Assembly (NCBI GenBank): GCA_013239625.1
Contig: MU053652.1
Location: forward strand, 5,881,902 to 5,945,901
Origin: Lama guanicoe
Taxonomy: Eukaryota
Direction: 5' to 3'
Length of the DNA stretch: 64,000 bases
Shown one piece after another: positions 37,132 to 50,685 of the stretch. The stretch's first letter is position 1; every line of letters starts with the position of its first letter. Position numbers and translations under genes: made by a program. The notes below the pieces were generated by a model, which was not told where the DNA came from, did no database searches, and saw only the letters and a program-made list of their open reading frames with translations.

Positions 37132-39059
37132 AAATGTTATTTATGACTGGATATTTTAAATAAATAATTAAAATTAAGAATATGTGCCATTGTACTTTTA
37201 ATTCCAGATTAAGTGTGAAATATGTAAATAATAAATGGCAAATCACAAATGATGTTCTTGGACCATTCCGTTTAAGCCATCTTTACTAATGCTAATCACA
37301 ACACAGATGAAGTATTTATAAGAATTAAGAGGTTTAGTGTGGTAACTCTGATTAAATCCTAACGTTTATACTGACAGAAAAGCTGGGAGAATTATCAACT
37401 GTGAATATCTCAGGGATTAATGATCTGCAATTCTGATGACAACTCCTAGGGTGGGGGTGGGAAGCCCCCAGATTAAATGATCGTTTCTATAGTCTGGAGT
37501 GCAGTTTGATCTCTGTTTTTCAGTAAACAAATTAGAATTTTTAAATGTCCAATTTTATTCTCCCACTCAAGGGGGAAGAACAGAGCATTTTCTTTCCTGA
37601 AAGCATATCTTGAAGAAAAGCAAGATGGTGAGCTCAGAGCTCAGAACTCCGAGCAGGACTAAGTCTAGAACTGATCTGAACCCTAACCGGCCCTCCAAAA
37701 ATGTTTCTTGGAATGATGATTTGAATACTTCTTGGCTGGTAGTGAAAATAATGTCTATGATAGAGTTTTTCTTTCTGAAGAGTCTGTTAAAAGGAGAATC
37801 TTAGTAAACTAATTCTATGCCATGCATTCACAGAGGTCAGCATGCCCTCCTAGACCCAACATGGAGAAATGGGCACACTGTCAACCGCCAGGGAGGTGGC
37901 ATTTTATGCACAGTTCATTTTTAACTTAAAGGAATTTGGTGTGTCAACACTAAGTCAGCAGACTCCCATTCTCCAGTGTGTTATAATTATTAATGGGACA
38001 CACTTACTAGGAGCTTTGATAAATGATCAACTTAAATCCTGCCATCGTAAATACCACCAAATCCTGCAAGACATGTAGGTCAGTGTGATGACCGGCTTGC
38101 CCAGTGTATCATTATGGTCACAGACCCAGCTCAGTGGTCTTTTCAATCATTTGCTGGTCATTTATGTTTCCTTCTTTGATAAACACCACATTTTGAAGAT
38201 GTGAATTAATTTTTACCAAATCTGAAGCTATAGTAATATCGAGAGAACTTTAAATTCCCATTTTAAAAATGATGCTGATATCTGCTTCCTGGACATATGC
38301 CTTCTTAGGACATTTTTGTAAAATTTGATATGTGGAGTCTTATTCATTTAAGGAAAAATGCTTCAAATGGGCATGTGCCTTCCTCACATTGATTGATTTC
38401 TTTCTGTGTTCTTTCTTCAATTTACAAAGGTACATTCTCGCTAAAATTTATTGAAGTCATTGGTTTAATTAGAATTTAGCTCTGTATAAATTTTGGTCTT
38501 TGAAATTTGAACTTACTCTTGTTGAGAAAACTTGCAATCTGAAATTCTTTTAAAGATAGCATTATCAGTTGAATGGTAAAATATTCATCATTTTATTTTA
38601 AATTACTGTTATTTGTAGATTAGGTTGATGTTTTAAATTTGAGGTGACTGTAAAGAGAGAACGCTACCGAAATTTTAGGATTGTTATTTATCAGTCTGTA
38701 TTGTTTCCACTTCACCAGCTACGGTTATGTACATTTGATAACTTTAATCTTCTCTTTCACCGTGTAAACTTGTGGATGATTTTGTGCTTATGTTTATTCC
38801 ATCTGGACCCTCATTTATTTGGACAACTGGGTAATGCCTAAAGGCCCCCAACTTTTTCCTGAGGAGGAAACTGCCTTAATTTTCAGCTGCTTTGTAAACA
38901 GCAAAATAGTGAATATCTCTGAAAGGTGGCTATTATTCAGGACTTTTCTCCTGCAGGGAACCCTGGGGGTCTAGAGAGGGGTTTGTGACTATAGAAGCCA
39001 GTTTACCAATTATGAAAGAGTTTAACCATGGAGACCAACCTTTTAGAGGCCCTCTTTTT

Positions 39060-39875
39060 ATTTACTTATTTTTTTAATTTTACTTATTTTTTATTGATGT
39101 GTAGTTGGTGTACAATGATGTGTTTGTTTCTGGTGTACAGCATAGTGATTCAGTTACACATATGTATATTCTTTTTCATATTGTTTTCATTATAGGTTAT
39201 TATAAGATACTGACTATAGTTCTCTGTGCTATACAGGAGGTCCTTGTTGTTTATCTATTTTATGTATAGTAGTTTGTATCTACTAATCCTTAATTCCTAA
39301 ATTATCCTCCACTCTTCCCCCTTTGGGAACCATAAGTTTGTCTTCTATGTCTGAGTCTATTTCTGTTTTGTAAATTAGTTTATTTGTATCATCTTTTAAA
39401 TTCTATATATAAGTGATATCATATGATATTTGTCTTTCTCTGTCTGATTTATTTCACTTAGTATGATAATCTCTAGGTCCATCCATGTTGCTGCAAATGG
39501 TATTGTTTCATTCTTTTTTATGGCTGAGGAGTATTTATATATATACACATAATATATATATTATATGTGTGTGTGTATATATATATATATACACATATAT
39601 ATATATACACACACACGCACCCTACATCTTCTTTATCCATTCATCTGTCAATGGAACATTTAGGTTGCTTCCATGTCTCGGTTATTGTAAATAGTGCTGC
39701 TATGAACACTGGGTGCATTATCTTTTTAAATTAGCATTTCTCCTGATATATGCCCAGAAGTGGTATTGCTGGATCACATGGTAACTCTATTTTTAGTTTT
39801 TTGAGGAGCCTCCATACTGTTTTCCATAGTGGCTGCACCAGATTACATTCCTACCAACAGTGTGGGAGGGTTTCT
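39060..39875 (-). mobile_element. L1 3' fragment (cetartiodactyl-type) with internal (TA/TG/CA)n expansion at ~39535-39617
   Basis: tttctggtgtacagcatagtgattcag UTR motif and antisense ORF2 end (ccatgttgctgcaaatgg, ttccatagtggctgcacc). Confidence 0.9.
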
Positions 39876-40270
39876 TGGGAAGCTCCCTTGTATTTTACAA
39901 ATACATAATAATATTTATTATATATTTTCCAAGAGAATATTTCAATTGAAAAAGATAGATCATGTCATATAGAAAACCTGTCTTCTCTTTTATTTATGTA
40001 CCTAATTTAAAATTAGTTATTTAACACATGACATTTTGGGGAAAACAAATGAGAGATATGAAGTCAAGGTGGGACAAATGACTTCACTTTATTTGCCTAA
40101 TTTTGAGCTAGATTATCTCAGCTCTGCTTCTATTGCCTGAGTGTTTCTGTAGAGTTTATATTCCCATGTCTTTAGAGCCTTGGTTTAGATTTAGTTGTTT
40201 TCAACCTCAATTGCCCAGTTGACTCAAAAAGGGAAGGTTTTGAGAAATCTCAGGGAGGGGCTCCATAATT

Positions 40271-40395
40271 CAGATTGTCAGACTTAATAAATAAAAATAT
40301 AGAATGCCCAGTTAAACTTATCAGATAAACAACAAATAATTCTTTGGTATAAGTTTGTTAAATAAGTGTGTTCTGGATTTTATCTGGCAACCTTA
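40271..40395. mobile_element. MER53-like hAT MITE (internally deleted)
   Basis: ttgtcagacttaataaataaaaatatagaatgcccagttaaa...tttatctggcaacc. Confidence 0.8.
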
Positions 40396-40449
40396 CCTAT
40401 AGAATGTGTGCGTGTGTGTGTGTGTGTGTACACATGATATATATATAAT

Positions 40450-41245
40450 TTTGTGACTGATTCATTTTGTAACTGAAAATTTATATCTCTTAATCTCGCC
40501 TATTTGTCTCTTCCTCCCACCTCCTTCCCCTCTGTCAACCACCTATTTGTACTCTGTATCTATGACTTTTAAAAAAAATTGTTTGTTCCTTTGTTTTGTT
40601 TTTTCTTTAGATTCCACATATAAGTGAAAACGTACAGTATTTGTCTTTCTCTGTATGAATTATTTCACTTAATACCCTCTAGGTCCATCCATGGTGTCAC
40701 AAATGGCAAGATTTCATTCTTTTTATGGCTGAGTAATATTCCATTGTATACATACTACATCTTCTTTGTCAATTCATCTGTTCATGAGAACTTAGCTTGC
40801 TTCCATATCTTAGCTATTTTAAACAGTGCTACATTGAACATAGGGGTGTATACACCTTTTCAAATTAGTGTTTTTGTTTTCTTAGGATAAATACCCTGGA
40901 GTGGAATTGCTAGATCGTAGGATAGTTTCATTTTCAACTTTTGAGGAATCTTCATACTATTTTCCTACTTTGCATTCCCACCAACTGTACACAGGGTTCC
41001 CTTTTCTCTAAATCCTCAACAACTCTTTTAATTTCTTGTCTTTTTGATGGCAGCCATTCTGACAAGCATGAGGTGGTATCTCACTGTGGTTTTGATTTGC
41101 ATTTCCTTGATGAGCAGTGATGCTGAGTACTGTTTCATGTGCCTGTTGGTCATCCCAAAGTCTTCTTTGGCAAAATGTCTATTCAGGTTCTCTGGCAGTT
41201 TTTTAACTGGGCTGTTTTTTTGTTTTGCTTTGCTTTCCTTTATTT
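40450..41245 (-). mobile_element. L1 fragment (L1MA9/10-like), ORF2 end plus partial UTR
   Basis: The minus strand reads NRHFAKED...[12 protein letters not shown], with stops and frameshifts. Confidence 0.9.
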
Positions 41246-41339
41246 TCTTTGGTCTGGGGTGAGGTCTGCCCATTGGTGTTTTTATAAAGTCCCCAGGTGA
41301 ATATAATGTGTAGTGATTTAGAAACTGTTGGCTAAGATT

Positions 41340-41510
41340 AACAGTGTTCCACACAGTTGTGTGTGGGGGAGACTCAACAACAGTGTTTGTGAAAATGCAA
41401 CTTCTCAGTTCCCCTCAAGTCTAATTCACCTGGATGGAGCGGAGGAACTTTAATAAGGATCCTCGGTAATTCTGTTGCAGGTGGTTTGTGGACCACACAC
41501 TGAATATTAG
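41340..41510. mobile_element. MER5A-like MITE
   Basis: cagtgttcc...gtttgtgaaaatgca...ggtaattctgttgcaggtggtttgtggaccacac. Confidence 0.6.
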
Positions 41511-42769
41511 CAAGTACTGATGTTTCTCTTTCTTTAAAAAAATTAGTGTTATGCTTTTATGGTATTTTAAAAAAATCTCAGAATAGTGAAGTTACAAGGT
41601 ATAGCATAACACACTGGATAAGAATGAACACTCATTATTTTCATATATTAGAATAAGTGATATGGATTGGAAAGATGTTTTTAGAAAAAAAAGAAAAGAA
41701 AAATCAATGTGAATTGTGTCCTGTTGTTTGCTGTCATTTCTTATGTAACAAATTAAAGACATTAATCTTCTGAATTGGAAAACAGGTCTTTGTGATGACA
41801 GTATGTTAGCTTTCAGGACCCTGCTTCGCTAAAGGACTCTAATCTTTGGTAACTGAAGAAAGTGACCTTAGAGGACACTAAACCTGGGGAATTGACACTA
41901 ACAATTTGGGACTGGTTGTAAGCTCACGCTGAGCAAGATGTCTGTGAAAATGCACTTTACAAGGTTAACAGGCTGATTTTTTTCAAGTTTATATACAAGG
42001 AAAAATTATGTAGATAATTATAACACTGTTAATGCCAAGGGCTGGGTTTTTTCCCCCATTTCTTATGTGATTTCAGTAATACAAAGAGCAAAGACATTCT
42101 TATTTTAGTGTCTTTGTTTTGGTGATTTCTCAGTTCCAAAGCGGTATTTTATCCCTGAGACTTAAAAACACCCCAGGGAAGTAAATATTATGCTTTATTT
42201 TCAAGGGCCATTTAAATGGATGGAAATCTATACTGCTGTCAGTGATCCAAAGCGATTTCTTATGGGTGTGATTTTCCCCATAATCTATTAATGCATAATT
42301 GGTTAATTCACAAAGCCTATTTTATGTTAGTAAACATTTCCATGTGGGATCATTGACCCCAGATCCCTTTCCATGGTTCTTCTAGATAGTATGGTCTTTG
42401 GTAGGTTGACTCCTTTCATTCCAGATTTTCTCCAAATGTGGAGATCTATTCGGCAGTATTTTCGAAGTTTCTCTACTGAGAACTCTTTCAGCAGAACTGA
42501 ACAATTGCTGTTTTTTTTTTTTATCACAAACATTTACTATCTAATCAGTTGGATCAACCTGTTTGACTTGTGCTATTCGGACTGTATAGATTAAAAGGCC
42601 AGTCTTGGGAGACTGAGGGCACACATAATGGCTTTGAGGTCCTAGTTACATTTGCTCTCACTTTGAGTCCACAAGCTCTGTCACTGACACTAGTAACTCA
42701 GGTTTACAGTGGCCATGATGACTTCACACACATTTGTAAATTCGGTCTTCTTAAGAGTTGTATGGTGCA

Positions 42770-42910
42770 TGCAGGGCAGGGATAATTATTAATCCCGTTG
42801 TCCGGACCAGGAGACTATGGCTCAGAATTTTAAGTGGCATGTGCTGATAAGCCTGTAAGTGTCAGAACCGTCCCTTGAACGCAGACCTTCTGACCTGTCA
42901 CTCTACCATA
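42770..42910 (-). mobile_element. MIR fragment
   Basis: attattaatcccgtt...gagactatggctcaga...taagtggcatgtgc core. Confidence 0.55.
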
Positions 42911-43648
42911 ACCTTATCACTCTATCATAACCCTCTTTTATTAGAACAGTCCAAACCAGGCAAAAGGAGATAAAAGTGTAGTGGGAGGGTAGCTGTTACC
43001 AAGGAAACTATTATTTTAAATTTTAAAGTATTGATTAGAAAGGAAGTTGGAAAAGAGGACACTTTTTATCCCAAGTAGAAATAGAAAACAAATGACCAAG
43101 TGAAGACTGAGGGCGAGCTGGGGGAACACCGTGCACAGACCTCGTGCAGCAGTCTGATTATGTACAACATGCTCCTTCCAACTTTCTTCTGCTTCCGGGA
43201 GGGGAGGGGGGCATAGGGGATGAGCATGGACACGGAAGAGTGTTCTGCAGTACAAACTATATTTCAGGGAAGAATGTGGTGTAAAATCTATAGAGTGGAC
43301 CTCAACAGAGAAGAAGATGAGAGAGAGGCAGTGGCTAGACTTCCTGTTGACAGTTGGCAAACATGGTTCTGTTTCCCTCAGTCACTGAAACAGCTTACAC
43401 AGAGTGAATATACTGTTCATGGCTGGAATGGAAAAAATCACCTGATAACTTACATAGTTAGAGCTCTTCTTAAAAAGAATCAGAAAATTAGCTTTATTTT
43501 CTGGAACTGTGGATGTGTTTTAGTTTGAAACTGCTTGAAATGTCAGGGCTGTGATAGGAAAGTCAGGGAGACAACCAGGTTCAGGTTAATTAATGATTAG
43601 GGCTGAGAGTAGCAGAGACTGTCTACACCTAATTGCTCACAGTTTAAA

Positions 43649-43834
43649 CAGAGGCTCTGAGTTTACAGTGAATCAGAATCACTTTGTTAAAACACAGATT
43701 GCTGGGCCCCAGCCCTGAGTGTCTGATTCCGTAGACCTGGGGTGGGACCTGAGGGTTTACTTTTCTAACAAGTTCCCTGACGGGTGTTGCTGCTCTTGCC
43801 TGTCTGGGGACCACCCATTGCGTGAGGGCCATTG
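43649..43834. mobile_element. MER5A hAT MITE
   Basis: atcagaatcac...ttgttaaaacacagattgctgggcccc...tttctaacaagttccc, with gtttaaac on both flanks. Confidence 0.9.
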
Positions 43835-46289
43835 GTTTAAACGTAGCCTTGATGACTTTGGGTTTCCAGGGGTGATGGATATTGGCAAAAAGAGAACCAG
43901 TCACTGTGAAATTTTTTGAGTTCTCATCAAGAAAACATACTGCTCAGATGTGGAAAGACTAGCAGGACTTGGAGCAGACTGAGATCCCCCTCTCGGCTTC
44001 CCCCGGTTCTCTGTTCCTGGGGGGGCACAGTGTGGCCATGAACCTGGCCCTCCAGACTGCCACACTGCCAGGCTCTGGAAATGACAGCAGCATTTTGCAT
44101 GTGCCACAAATCTTTTAAGTCACCCCTCTGGACACATTTCCCTTATAATCTGTGAGCTTCCTTTGAAAGAGTATTGACAAATACCAGGCACTCCTAATTT
44201 CTGCAGAAAACCCAGCATCATCTTCCTACATTGCGTTGAGGAAGAACACAGAATGCTTAGGTGTGCTTCTTTAGTATCCCTGTCTCCATCTCTCCATCTT
44301 TCCTAAAAACTTGTTTCCTTGCAATTACATGTTCAATTTCAGCGCAATGATGAATGGCCTGATTAAAATTGATGTTTATCTGTTTTAGAGTTTTTTTTTT
44401 TTAATGGAATTCAGTTAACCATACTTACGGTTCTTTTACGCACAAGCTGTGCCCAAGAGGCTATTTTTCATGTGATGGTGACAAATAATAATTACGAGCA
44501 AAATACTATGAAAGATTATGTAAGGACTATGCTTTTGAACACAATCCCGTGAGTTGGTGGTAGACATTACAAGTCGGTTTCTCCTCCAGAACTCCTAAAC
44601 CAGGAGAAAAAAGAATGCCCTCTTCCTTGATCCGGAACTTGAGTGCATGCAGAACTCGATGTGTGAGTCATCACTGGAGTTGGCAGCCTCCTTGGTTACA
44701 GCAGGACTCGGGGGGAAAAAAAAAACTGGTCTAGGAAAGCTGCCTCCTATACAATACAGACAATGCTTTACATCAACAATATGAATATAGTACAGGAGGT
44801 AGAAGATAACCTTAAAAGAAGGTCTGTATTATAAATGCGAGTCAAAGCAAACATAGACAAAGAAAGATGGTAGCAAGTGAAGATATTCAATTATCTGAGC
44901 CTGACACCTCAAATTAAGTTCTTTTTTAAAAAAGTAAGAATGTAGTAGTGTAGTGTTCTTAAGAACTGCGTGCTAGGCCTGAATAGATCTCTCTGGCTGG
45001 TTTGGCTCCTCTCTCTCTCCAACGTAATAACAGCACGTCTGAGATGTACCAGCCATTATCACTCAGATACATTCTTTGGGTGGGCTCACACTCTATGTTA
45101 ATAAACTGGCCACTTTAGGATGTACGTTCATCCCAACAGGTGCTTGGGCTCCATTTAGAGCTCTGAACACCAGCACTGTCATTTATCAAATGGGACCCCA
45201 GTGATCTCAAAGAGTTAATGAAAATTTCAAACCTACGCCCTCCTCCATAGGAAAGGCATCGGACTCACATTTTGCAGCCAGCAGAACAGGTGGCCCCCTC
45301 TGAAGTCATGTCAAGCCCTTCTCCTCAGAGGCCCAGAGTCTCACCTACAGAGTCTCCATTCATTCTTGTCTTATCTGCGTCTACAGCTTGTGGGGTATCA
45401 CTGCTGCCCTTCCCCATCCACCTTCCCCTGTCTGGGCTCTGAACCGTTCTCACCATATGTTCCTGCCTCCATCCGTGCAGCCCTGGCTCCAGAGGTGGCC
45501 TCTGACTTGGCAAATTTCTCTCCACTCTCTCATCACCTTGACGCAACCACTGAAAACACAGCTGACTCACCTCTAGGACTTATAACCTTAGGTTTTCGTG
45601 GAAAAGAAGCGGGCTTTTAAATAAAATGCCGATAGAATGGTTTAATACAATGACAAATACAACCACATGAATAAATACTAATGCAAAGCCATTTAATTTA
45701 AAATGTAGGTGTGAATGGGTATATTATCTCTTGCATTCTTATGAAGCTACATAAAAGTAGATTTCTCTTTAGGAAGTACAGTATCTCCATTTTTATAAAA
45801 TGAAAAGTGTGTACTTCAGGGTACACTTCAATTATGCTAATGATGTACATCTTTAGTTTGTTTTTTTAAAAAGGTAGAATTTCATTAACAATGTCTTTAA
45901 GGATATGCTCTTCCACAGACGAATTTTGGAATGAAAGAAGTAGTGAATTCCATACTCCAAACTGCCAGTTAGGGGAAAAAAAAGTTAGTTATTCAACTCT
46001 ATAAATTAAAAGAGAGTCTTTACTGTTTTCCTTTTTGAGATAAATTGATCTCTGGGTCTGTGTAACATATTCTGTCTAGCAAACCTTCTCTGTAGAAAGT
46101 CACTGTACAGAAAATGTAAATGTTTGGAGTTGCAGAAGTCAATTCACATTTTCTAGTCCACTGAAATGGAAAAGTTTTAACAAGTCAGGACAGTAGATAA
46201 TATTCACGTATTTTAAAAAGAGCATTTTTCATGTTTCTTTAAACTTGTTACTTGCTACAAATAAGCTACTTTCTCCTGATGCTTGAATT

Positions 46290-46540
46290 ATTTACGTTTT
46301 ATTTTATTTATTATGTATGTATTTTTTTAGTATGGAGGGATAGTCGATTCACAATGCTGTGTTAGTTTCTGGTGTACACCATAGTGATTCAGTAGTACAT
46401 ATATAGATACTCCTTTTCATATTCTTTTTCATTATAATCTATTACAATGCATTGAATATAGTTCCCTATGCTACACGGTAGGACCTTGTTGTTTATCTGT
46501 TTTATGTATAGTAGTTAGTATCTGCAAATCCCAAATTCAC
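46290..46540 (-). mobile_element. L1 3' UTR fragment (same type as 39060-39875)
   Basis: gtttctggtgtacaccatagtgattcag...ccttgttgtttatct matches 39125-39290. Confidence 0.85.
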
Positions 46541-49500
46541 AGTTAAACCTGTGTTATTTGCATGCTCTACAGGGTTTGAGCATTTTAAAAAATAGCTTCT
46601 GTGGAACATTAGCCTGTACCTTTGGTCTGGATGCTGGTCCTGATGAAGGGAACAGCTGCCTAAGAACTTAGGAGTCCCCATCACCTGTCAGGACAGTGAA
46701 GATGAAAAGCCGGAAGACACCATACATTTATAACAGGGAAGCTGACTAGGACTTTCTTTCTTGCTGTTTCTTTATGTGTTGCCTTGTTTGCAGGGCCATA
46801 ATTATACACTGATTACAGCTAGTGAAGAAATGCCTTCCATTGTGCTCCGCGCTGAATAGTGATTACTCTGTTATTGTGTTTCATTGCCACTTTTGGTTGT
46901 TGTTGTTAGTCTTTAGAACATTATTAGACGATCTTAGATTTCAGTATGGTTTCCGGCAAGCAGGAAATGCAAAATAAGTATAAACTATGTAAGATGTTTA
47001 TAGTGATTATCTGACTGTATGTTGTAAATCACAGTGTAGAAAAACTAAGTGTATAACTAGACAAAATGTCTTATTTTTCTACCTGCCTTCATCTGTACCA
47101 TGTTTGATGCTCTTCCCCTTTGCTCTTTGTTCTGCTTCTCTCTGTTCCTTGATCATACAGGTAGTTCAGAAACAGCTGATTCAAAGTTAGAATGCCAGAT
47201 ATTGTTTCGAATAGGATCTGGACAATATGAAATATATTTCCATGTGAAGAATAGCTTATCTTTCACTGCATTTACATCAGCTGAAAAGCAGAACCATTCA
47301 CAGGTTTTGTTTTTATTTTTCCTGTCTCTGAGTTAATTTACTTTTTTTGTTTTAAATTGACTGAATCGACCTGAATGCTGTCTCACAGGCATAATCTGTA
47401 AACTCATCTCCTAGAGTCTAGACCTAATTAGTCTAAATCCTTTCTTGTTTTTCTGCTAATTGTATGTTTAACTGTATACTTATGATAAAGCCCACTTAAA
47501 GGGTGAAATAGAATTCATTCTTCATGTCCTTTAATGTAATTGTATTTCATTTTATCATTGCAGTAGAAAGGGAAAACAAATTTCCCCACATCCTAAGGCT
47601 TAAGAGACATTTGAGTGACTCTTGAAAAGAGGAAATATTCAGGAAGACTTTAGTATCAGTAGGGTGGGAAATGTTTAAAAACACATGCAATCTGGAGAAC
47701 AAGGAATAAAATAAACAGAAAGGATATCTGAAAGAGATTTTTGAGGGATAGAACAGCCTTACTTTTTTCAGAATGACTTTATCTGTTTTTTGGACTTCAC
47801 CAAAGATTCACTGAAGAAAGTAAATGGGAGCAAGTACATGGTCGAATATGATACTTCGAAATAGAAAGAATTAGGTGGAGATTTCACCCTCATTTTCAGT
47901 CATTTATATTTGATTTTCAGTTGACATCTTTGGCTTAAGAGAATGAAATTAATCATAAAATAAGTTTTAGGAAGTTCTTTGAATATTAGTGAAGTTACTA
48001 AGAATTATATTTCGGTAGAATTTACTGAAAGTTGCATAATACAGCTGAAGGAGTTGCATAATTGATGTATGATAATCTATAAATATGTAGAAGAGATGAG
48101 ATCAAGTATCCAAAAATAAAATTAAAAGGCCTACCAAATTATTTAAGCACATAACTATATATGCCAGAGCAAGTAGAAGCTGGAGGTGTTTATGACAAAG
48201 TTAGAAAGGAGTAAAACATAATAAATAGTAAAGTATTTAATAAAGTGAGATATCACTTGGAAAATTGATCAAAGTGAATAGAAAATTCTCTTTATTCATC
48301 ACTTTGTAAGTATAACAGGAATAAAATTTTTTAATTAGATTGAGAGGGAAAGTAGTGACTGATTTTATAATATTTTTCCTGCATTTTTAATAGTAAATTT
48401 TTACCTTTGAAGAAAGGTAGAATTTCTATTAATAAAAATTATACATAGGGAATACTTTGAAGCTAAATATGCTTACATATTTAATTTCTGATGACTAACA
48501 TCTGATAAAATAAAAGGAATAATACAGAATTTGGCTGGAGTTATTATTACTCCCTCTCCTCTTTTAGATAACTCCTCGAGATCTGGAAAGAGGATCATTG
48601 CTGGGATAGTTGAAATAAATGGCCACCTAAATGTCGTGACTCTTTCCTACATACAACATGCTGCTAACATACATTCCAGAAGTGAAGGCATGCCAGCAAA
48701 ATAAACTCAGGGTGGTAACACCTTGAACATCATCAGCCATTAATATCTCTTTGTAAAGCAATATATCTTGCTAATATCAGTTGTACCTAATATCAGGTAC
48801 TTGTTGGGCAGGGATGAACGGACAGGGGACGGCTATTAGAAGAGAAAAATGATTAAGAACTACAAAAGGAAGAGGAGGTGGAAACAAACTTAGTCTCCCT
48901 TATAACCGAATTATATGTAGCCCTAATTCTGGGGGCAGAAAAGACCCAGTACTATGCACAAAACAGCATTTGCAAATTGAGAAGAATACAACACTGAAAA
49001 TTACTTTGTCTGTGAACTTAACTGTGAAAAACAGTCATGCAGTTCAAAAACACTTTGTCACGTTAATCTAATCTTTTCTAAATGAGACCAATACATCTAG
49101 TTGATTGACAAAAAGTCTATACATGCTAATTATAATAACTATAGAGAGCTTTTGAGTCGGCTTGATTTGTTGCTCATATTTATTATTAAGCTGTAAGAGT
49201 GTGGGACAGAATAATGAGTTCTTATCAAGGAGCATAATTGGCTATAGGACTGTATTTAGAAAGTAAAGGACAAGAGGTTGCCACAAGAGGTGACCAGCAG
49301 ATAGAGGGCCTCAATCTTTCATAACTTTTCATTACATGGCAGAAGAAAGGAGAGGACACTAACATTCATTAAGCTATTGCCATGTGCATGGAAATAAAGT
49401 GATAAATGAAAATAAACATGGTCTCTGCCCTTGTGGGCCATTAATGACAGTATCTTAAATCAGACAGGATACAGGGATGATTTTAGAAACAACAAAGAGG

Positions 49501-49719
49501 AGAGTGCCTTCAAAGGGTTTCTTTTTTCCTTACAAATTTCCTTACAAATAGACAACTGATTTATTTGAAGAAAACCAGAATATCCATTAATTCAATGAAT
49601 AGGTGAAACTAGAAAAGGAGTACTTCAGTTGAGAGGTATTTTAAACTTAAAGGTATAAAATCTCTAATTCTAAAGTCCATGCATCCTGTTAAAAAAAAGA
49701 CACAAGAAATTGTACTTTC

Positions 49720-49870
49720 CATTTGATTTATGATTTATAACAATACTTTGAGGAAAGAGGTCACTTTCCCTTTATTCACCAATAAAGGCACTGAGATCAA
49801 GAGAGGTTAAGTCATTTGCCATAGATAACAGAGCTAGCAGGGAGAGGAATTTCTACTATAAATTCTTTAT
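49720..49870 (-). mobile_element. MIR fragment
   Basis: cactgagatcaagagaggttaagtcatttgcc core. Confidence 0.65.
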
Positions 49871-49974
49871 TTCTCCTGCTGTTTCATATACCTCATAAAA
49901 ACTGGTGCAATTAAAAGTCAAAGTGTGGTGAGTGGGTTACTGTCTTTGGGTTTAGACACAAAGAGATCGTGGTT

Positions 49975-50490
49975 GTTTATCATTTCGGGTAATATCCAGT
50001 TACAAATAACAGAGAGAGAGAATAGCACTGGCTTAAACAAACCAGAACTTTATTTTTCTTTCTGGTAAAATCCAGAGGAGGTAGTCCAGGAGTGGTGCAG
50101 TGGCTTGGCTTTACTCTAGACTCAAGGACCTTTGCTTCTAGGTTGCTAGTTTTCCATCTCTAGGGTGTGCCTCTAATTCCTCCTGGTTCTGGATGGCAGA
50201 TAGAGTTCCAGTTTTCATAGTTGCCTTTTAGGTATCAAGATGGAGGAAAGTCTGAAAAATGGTAAAGACAAAGGGCGCATGTCCTCATCTTTTAAAAAAG
50301 GTTCCTAAAAGTTGCCACCCTACATATTTGTTTACATGCACATCGGCAGGTATATTTAGCCACAAGGGAGGTTAGAAAACTAAGTCTTTGTTCTGAGAAG
50401 CGATGTGCCCTGATAAAAAATCATGAGTTCTAATACTATGGAAAAAGTAGTGGATTAATATTGGAATTCAACTAATGGTCTCTGTCCAGA
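49975..50490 (-). mobile_element. Old MaLR LTR (MLT1J/K-like)
   Basis: cagttacaaataacaga...tggcttaaacaa...tccagaggaggtagtccagg...tttagccacaagggaggttagaaaa. Confidence 0.7.
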
Positions 50491-50685
50491 TAGCCTTGAT
50501 TTGTGGTTAGACTAGAAAACAAATTGTAGGAGTCAAGATGTGATTGAATGAAAATGAGGAAGTGGGAGCATAAATGCTCTTTTAAGAATCTTGGCTTTGA
50601 AAGAGGATGGTTTACCAGATGACTCCCATATCCAAGTCTGTCTCATTTCTATAAGTATTGATTGAAAGACTAACAGAAAAGTCAT

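Larger units (their letters stand above)
40191..41330. mobile_element. MER5B-like MITE split by MER53 and L1 insertions
   Basis: Left half ~40191-40270, right half ~41250-41330. Flanks gtttagat / gctaagat. Confidence 0.6.

Noticed and set aside
39046..39895. TSD for the 39 kb L1
   Set aside because: gaggccctctttttattt vs gaagctcccttgtattt is too degenerate to assert.
42327..42533. Possible coding exon in a repeat-poor region
   Set aside because: No recognisable protein similarity or convincing splice pair.
47770..47830. FLDFTK resembling the CR1 RT motif YLDFSKAFD
   Set aside because: Too short, and I could not extend it confidently.
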